Source: Gammaproteobacteria bacterium
Lineage (GTDB): Bacteria; Pseudomonadota; Gammaproteobacteria; Ga0077554; Ga007554
NCBI GenBank assembly: GCA_016191235.1
Contig: JACPOZ010000025.1
Coordinates: forward strand, 3,894-67,893
Direction of reading: 5' to 3'
DNA: 64,000 nt
Shown: positions 60,296 to 64,000 of the stretch, piece after piece
Position numbering within the stretch: the first letter of the stretch is position 1
Layout of the letters: each line of letters starts with the position of its first letter
Program-made: the position numbers and the translations under genes
The notes under the pieces: generated by a model
The model's database searches: none
Seen by the model: only the letters and a program-made list of their open reading frames with translations
Told to the model about the DNA's origin: nothing

Positions 60296-60333
60296 TTCTT
60301 TTACCCCTTAACTAGTAAATACCAAGATTCCGA

Positions 60334-60636
60334 TCAAGCTGCACCAGGTTTTTTGGGCAGGATGTTTTCCACTTCATTGTGTACACGCGCAATGATGTGC
60401 GCCGCCACCAGGCCATCGCCAACACGCTCGCAGGCATCCGCGCCGGCACGCACAGCGGCATTAACCGCACCGGTTTCACCACGCACCAACACGGTGACGT
60501 AACCGCCGCCGACGAACTGACGCCCGATCAGACGCACTTCCGCTGCCTTGGTCATGGCATCCGCTGCTTCGATGGCAGGAACCAAACCACGCGTTTCGAT
60601 CATACCCAATGCAATACCAGTCACTTCGTTAGCCAT
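60334..60636 (-). CDS. csoS1: Carboxysome shell hexamer CsoS1 (BMC-H)
   Basis: BMC domain core identical to its neighbours. Confidence 0.92.
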   Translation of the reverse strand: MANEVTGIALGMIETRGLVPAIEAADAMTKAAEVRLIGRQFVGGGYVTVLVRGETGAVNAAVRAGADACERVGDGLVAAHIIARVHNEVENILPKKPGAA

Positions 60637-60685
60637 TTCTATTCCTCACTTGTCTCATTAAAGAAGTTAAACAAACCAAAAACCT

Positions 60686-60985
60686 TTACTCGCCAGGACG
60701 TGCAGGCAGAATGTTTTCCACCTCGTTGTGGACGCGCGCGATGATGTGCGCCGCCACCAGGCCGTCACCGACACGTTCGCAGGCATCAGCGCCAGCACGC
60801 ACAGCAGCATTGACTGCGCCGGTTTCGCCACGCACCAGCACGGTGACGTAACCGCCGCCGACGAACTGACGCCCGATCAAACGCACTTCCGCCGCCTTGG
60901 TCATGGCGTCCGCCGCTTCGATGGCAGGAACCAAACCACGCGTTTCAATCATGCCCAAAGCAATTCCATACCGTTCATTTGCCAT
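60686..60985 (-). CDS. csoS1: Carboxysome shell hexamer CsoS1 (BMC-H)
   Basis: BMC domain core identical to its neighbours. Start at MANERYGIALG. Confidence 0.92.
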   Translation of the reverse strand: MANERYGIALGMIETRGLVPAIEAADAMTKAAEVRLIGRQFVGGGYVTVLVRGETGAVNAAVRAGADACERVGDGLVAAHIIARVHNEVENILPARPGE

Positions 60986-61041
60986 TTGCACCACCTCTCT
61001 TTCTCGTAAAATAAAAAATCACGTCCATCAAAAATCTTGAC

Positions 61042-61326
61042 TCATGCCACCTTTTTCACGGACGGGCTGCCGCCTGCTTCTTCCGTATCCCACTGGTCAA
61101 TAATCCCGCCAATCGCAAGATCAGTAAGAACCTTGTAGTTGCCCATCGCGTAGCGCGCTGCCGAACCACTTGCGGTGAAAACCCATTTCCCCGGCGGCAC
61201 GCCCACCGGGTCGGTCGCCACGCTGAGCTTACCTTTAGCGTCGCGCATGATACGTAGCGAGGCGCCGTATAAACCTGGGATGCGGCGGGTTACAACCAGT
61301 TCATCAACTACCTGCAGGATCTCCAT
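61042..61326 (-). CDS. csoS4B: Carboxysome vertex pentamer CsoS4B (BMC-P)
   Basis: EutN/CcmL fold. MEILQVVDELVVTRRIPGL... Confidence 0.85.
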   Translation of the reverse strand: MEILQVVDELVVTRRIPGLYGASLRIMRDAKGKLSVATDPVGVPPGKWVFTASGSAARYAMGNYKVLTDLAIGGIIDQWDTEEAGGSPSVKKVA

Positions 61327-61329
61327 CGA

Positions 61330-61578
61330 TCACTCTTCCTTCCAGTGGTCAATGATGCCGACAATAGTGGCGTCGCTCGGATACTCTTTGCTGCCCGCCG
61401 CCTCGCGCGCCGCCGAACTGCCCACCACAATCACCCAGTCACCGGGAATACAGCCTACTGCATCGACCGCAACACTGCGGCCACCGCTCTTTTCTTTCAC
61501 CACCAGCAGGGGTTTGTGCCCCATCTCTCTGATGCGATTTGTGGAAACCAAGGTCTTTTCTACCTGACAAATCTTCAT
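61330..61578 (-). CDS. csoS4A: Carboxysome vertex pentamer CsoS4A (BMC-P)
   Basis: EutN/CcmL fold. MKICQVEKTLVSTNRI... Confidence 0.85.
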   Translation of the reverse strand: MKICQVEKTLVSTNRIREMGHKPLLVVKEKSGGRSVAVDAVGCIPGDWVIVVGSSAAREAAGSKEYPSDATIVGIIDHWKEE

Positions 61579-61595
61579 CTTCCACTCCAGTAACT

Positions 61596-63215
61596 CTAAT
61601 GACCGCTATCTACCACCTCATCATTGAGCATCTCGATCCGGCTGCCAGGCGTTTTATCCTGTACCGCCATTGCGCATACCAACAGTCCTTTTTGCTTCAG
61701 CTCACTGTATCGCGCTTCAATCGCCGCCTTCACGCGCCTGCATTGATCAATGATGCGCTGCTTCGACCCCGGCACCCGGCCATCATAGCGATAGTGAATG
61801 ATGATCGGGATGGGCAAGCCACGCGCCACATTCAATTTCTTGAAAATCTTTACGCCGATATCAAGGTCCGGCGCACCCTCTTCAACGGTATACATCGCAG
61901 CGTAATAGGCAAGATTGCGTATCTGAATCTCATCAAAGCCTTCGCCGACACTAATAAACAATTCGTTGTGGCCGATGTCCGCATAGCGTCCACCGTAGTT
62001 CTGGCGCACATACTCTATCTGCGACATATTGTTGATGAGCAATGACGCAATCAGTCGCAGCATACCTTCGTGCGGCGCACCGTTGCCTTGCGCCCAGCCC
62101 TCTGCACGAATCGACCCCTGTATGGCCCGATGCACATACAAATGCGCATTTCCTAGATCCAGCCCCGCACTCTGGCGATACAGATCGGCACTGTCCACAT
62201 AACGAAACAGGCTCATCGCGCCATCCGCATCCGGGATGTGTACCTTGATGCTGTCGGTATCAGTGTCGACACCGATCAACAATGTGTCCACCGACGCGCC
62301 GCAGCAGAAGCTGTTCTCTATCGCCTGGCGGAAGGCGATCAGCCTGTTCAGCGCTGCCTCGGCGGCATCGCGCTCGTTGCTGCCATGCGCGGCACACCCC
62401 TCATGCGCCGGATCAGAGCTGCTCCAGTGGTACACGGCAATCTTCAGATAGCGCGTGCCAGCATCCGGCAGGCTGGGCTTGCCCTCGCGGTAGCGGTAAA
62501 ACTCGGTGTGCATCCAGTGCCTGACGTTCGCTTCCACATCGAACATTGCACCGGCATGGGACTTTCTGCGTACCGCGCCGTAAGGCAAGCGCAACACGAA
62601 TGTCACCAGCCCCATCAGCCGCCCGTCCGCGCACGGTGAAAAATCTACCTCGTGAAAGCCGCAATCGAACAATGAGCACAACGTCTGCTCCATCGTCACC
62701 TGCTGCCGCGCCTGTTCATCGCAGAACTGCTCCGCCGCCCAATGAAAGGCCTGAAATACGCAGTGCGCATACAGGGAACGCATGTCCAGCTGCTCCACCC
62801 ACGCATCCTCAAGCGTGCTTGATGGCAGCGCAAAACCCAGCCGGGCATGGGCAACGTTCTGGGCATGCCCGACAAAACCCGGTTCGTGCTGGATTGCCGC
62901 GATTTCCTTAAGCACCGGGATAATCGCAGCAAATTTGTCTTTCACCGAACGCTCGTAATCGAACAAGCGCCGGCTTTCTTCCGCATTGAACAGGGGGTGG
63001 GACGCATACCCCCTTTCGCTTCCGGCAACTTCATCATAGGCCAGATTAATGGGTGAGGCCGCCATCGTAGCCGCCGGTTCTGCAATTGCAGCGGCAGGCG
63101 CGGGCTGAGTGGCGGCGGCGCGTCGATACGGCATCACCGCATGGCGCGTACCCAGGCCATACGGGCCAGAACGCTGGGCACCCCTGCCATGCGATGTACG
63201 ATTTCTGGCGCTCAT
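61596..63215 (-). CDS. csoS3: Carboxysome shell carbonic anhydrase CsoSCA (CsoS3)
   Basis: 539 aa. Position between csoS2 and csoS4A. CsoSCA-like sequence (..FSPCADGRL.., ..HWSSSDPAHEGCAAHGS..). Confidence 0.88.
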   Translation of the reverse strand: MSARNRTSHGRGAQRSGPYGLGTRHAVMPYRRAAATQPAPAAAIAEPAATMAASPINLAYDEVAGSERGYASHPLFNAEESRRLFDYERSVKDKFAAIIPVLKEIAAIQHEPGFVGHAQNVAHARLGFALPSSTLEDAWVEQLDMRSLYAHCVFQAFHWAAEQFCDEQARQQVTMEQTLCSLFDCGFHEVDFSPCADGRLMGLVTFVLRLPYGAVRRKSHAGAMFDVEANVRHWMHTEFYRYREGKPSLPDAGTRYLKIAVYHWSSSDPAHEGCAAHGSNERDAAEAALNRLIAFRQAIENSFCCGASVDTLLIGVDTDTDSIKVHIPDADGAMSLFRYVDSADLYRQSAGLDLGNAHLYVHRAIQGSIRAEGWAQGNGAPHEGMLRLIASLLINNMSQIEYVRQNYGGRYADIGHNELFISVGEGFDEIQIRNLAYYAAMYTVEEGAPDLDIGVKIFKKLNVARGLPIPIIIHYRYDGRVPGSKQRIIDQCRRVKAAIEARYSELKQKGLLVCAMAVQDKTPGSRIEMLNDEVVDSGH

Positions 63216-63240
63216 TCCTGCTTACCCATTCAATCCAGCA

Positions 63241-64000
63241 TCACCCACGCGCACCACCCGAGATTGTAATAGCCGCGCCGCTGCCTGTGTTGCCGCTGCT
63301 GCCGGTGACACGGCTTGGCGCCACCTCCGGTTTTTCCATCCCTTTGAAGTTACGTGCGCCCACGGCTACCGGCCGGTCGCGCGACTCGCCGCGCTGGGTC
63401 ATGTTGCGCCCCGCAGCCCAGGAACCTTCAGTGCCAGTCACCCGGCTGCCACGCTGCCAATCATCGCCGGTGATGGCGCGCCCATTCTCACGCCCCTCAC
63501 CGGTAACGCGCTTGCGCTCGGGTTCAGATGCGGAAGCGGAGGGCACAGCCCCTGCTGCTGAGTATGTCTGCGCGGCGACCGCGCCCTCGTCGGCGGTGTA
63601 ACGAAACTCCGGCGTGCCGGAGATCAATCCCGCCGCCAGGGTCACCGGGCCGGTGACTCGCCCACTGCTGGCATAGGCCGTGCCGGTAATGCGCTGGGTT
63701 TGACGGGTCTGGGCGCTGCGCGCAGGGGTGGTGACACTAAAATCCGTACTCGGCACCGGTGACGATGCTGGCGCGCTTGCCCTGGCGGCAGAGAGCGTCA
63801 CCTGCGAACGAGCACCGCTGCCATCGGCCGGGCCGGACACCCGATGATGCGCCTTCATAACAGTCCCAGCCGCCGTACCACACTGTCCCGCAAACTGATC
63901 CGCGCCCACATAAGGGGTGCCGCTCACCGGCATGCACACGCCCCGCCCGCCACCCGTCATGCGGCCGTTGATGCCTGGCTGGATGCCGGTCAGCACCGAT
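63241..64000 (-). CDS. csoS2: Carboxysome scaffold protein CsoS2, C-terminal part (5' end outside the window)
   Basis: Repetitive (R)VTG / (S)GxxVTG motifs, high Gly/Ala/Ser/Thr content. Immediately upstream of csoSCA. Confidence 0.8.
   Translation of the reverse strand, partial: SVLTGIQPGINGRMTGGGRGVCMPVSGTPYVGADQFAGQCGTAAGTVMKAHHRVSGPADGSGARSQVTLSAARASAPASSPVPSTDFSVTTPARSAQTRQTQRITGTAYASSGRVTGPVTLAAGLISGTPEFRYTADEGAVAAQTYSAAGAVPSASASEPERKRVTGEGRENGRAITGDDWQRGSRVTGTEGSWAAGRNMTQRGESRDRPVAVGARNFKGMEKPEVAPSRVTGSSGNTGSGAAITISGGARG

Noticed and set aside
59957-60994. Regularly spaced ~350-bp repeats that might be mistaken for a repeat array or CRISPR
   Set aside because: The repeats are the three csoS1 coding sequences. 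The period and length are wrong for CRISPR, and no cas genes are present. No CRISPR array was seen anywhere in the window.
63241-64000. Short periodic VTG-containing repeats in the last ORF
   Set aside because: These are the known repetitive motifs of the CsoS2 scaffold protein and not a novel repeat. The gene is truncated by the window edge, so it cannot be analysed further (for example for the CsoS2A/B frameshift site).

Overview
64-kb window from a GC-rich chemolithoautotrophic proteobacterium, probably beta- or gammaproteobacterial (inferred from gene content only). The backbone is ordinary housekeeping: ompA-like, rsfS, rlmL, rnt, pyrC, rsgA, malic enzyme, mdh, gltA, gmk-rpoZ-spoT, hrpA, pilMNOPQ divergent from mrcA, and ilvD. 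The right third is a large CO2-fixation supercluster. It contains cbbLSQO with divergent cbbR, an sbtA/PII-like pair, a long SulP transporter, a second LysR regulator, and the distal half of an alpha-carboxysome operon (csoS2 partial, csoSCA, csoS4AB, 3x csoS1, bfr-like, PCD-like, mcdA/mcdB-like). The part most worth a second look is an AT-richer accessory region at 9.4-20.9 kb, wedged between the convergent malic-enzyme and GST genes. It holds (i) a coupled two-gene module of unknown function. It holds (ii) a five-gene, fully translationally coupled operon in which a Type III mod and res pair brackets a STAS-like protein, an ABC-type ATPase and a small PD-(D/E)xK-like protein; I cannot match this composition to a named system. 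It holds (iii) a chimeric junction where a 3' fragment of GST abuts a 3' fragment of the malic-enzyme gene, followed by (iv) a Fic module. A short core, GACTATC(CTG), recurs at every module boundary, and no integrase or transposase is visible. Several dispersed inverted-repeat elements (MITE/REP-like) are also present. No rRNA, tRNA or CRISPR array was seen. All calls come from reading the supplied ORF translations and the sequence by eye. No searches were run, and start codons are approximate.
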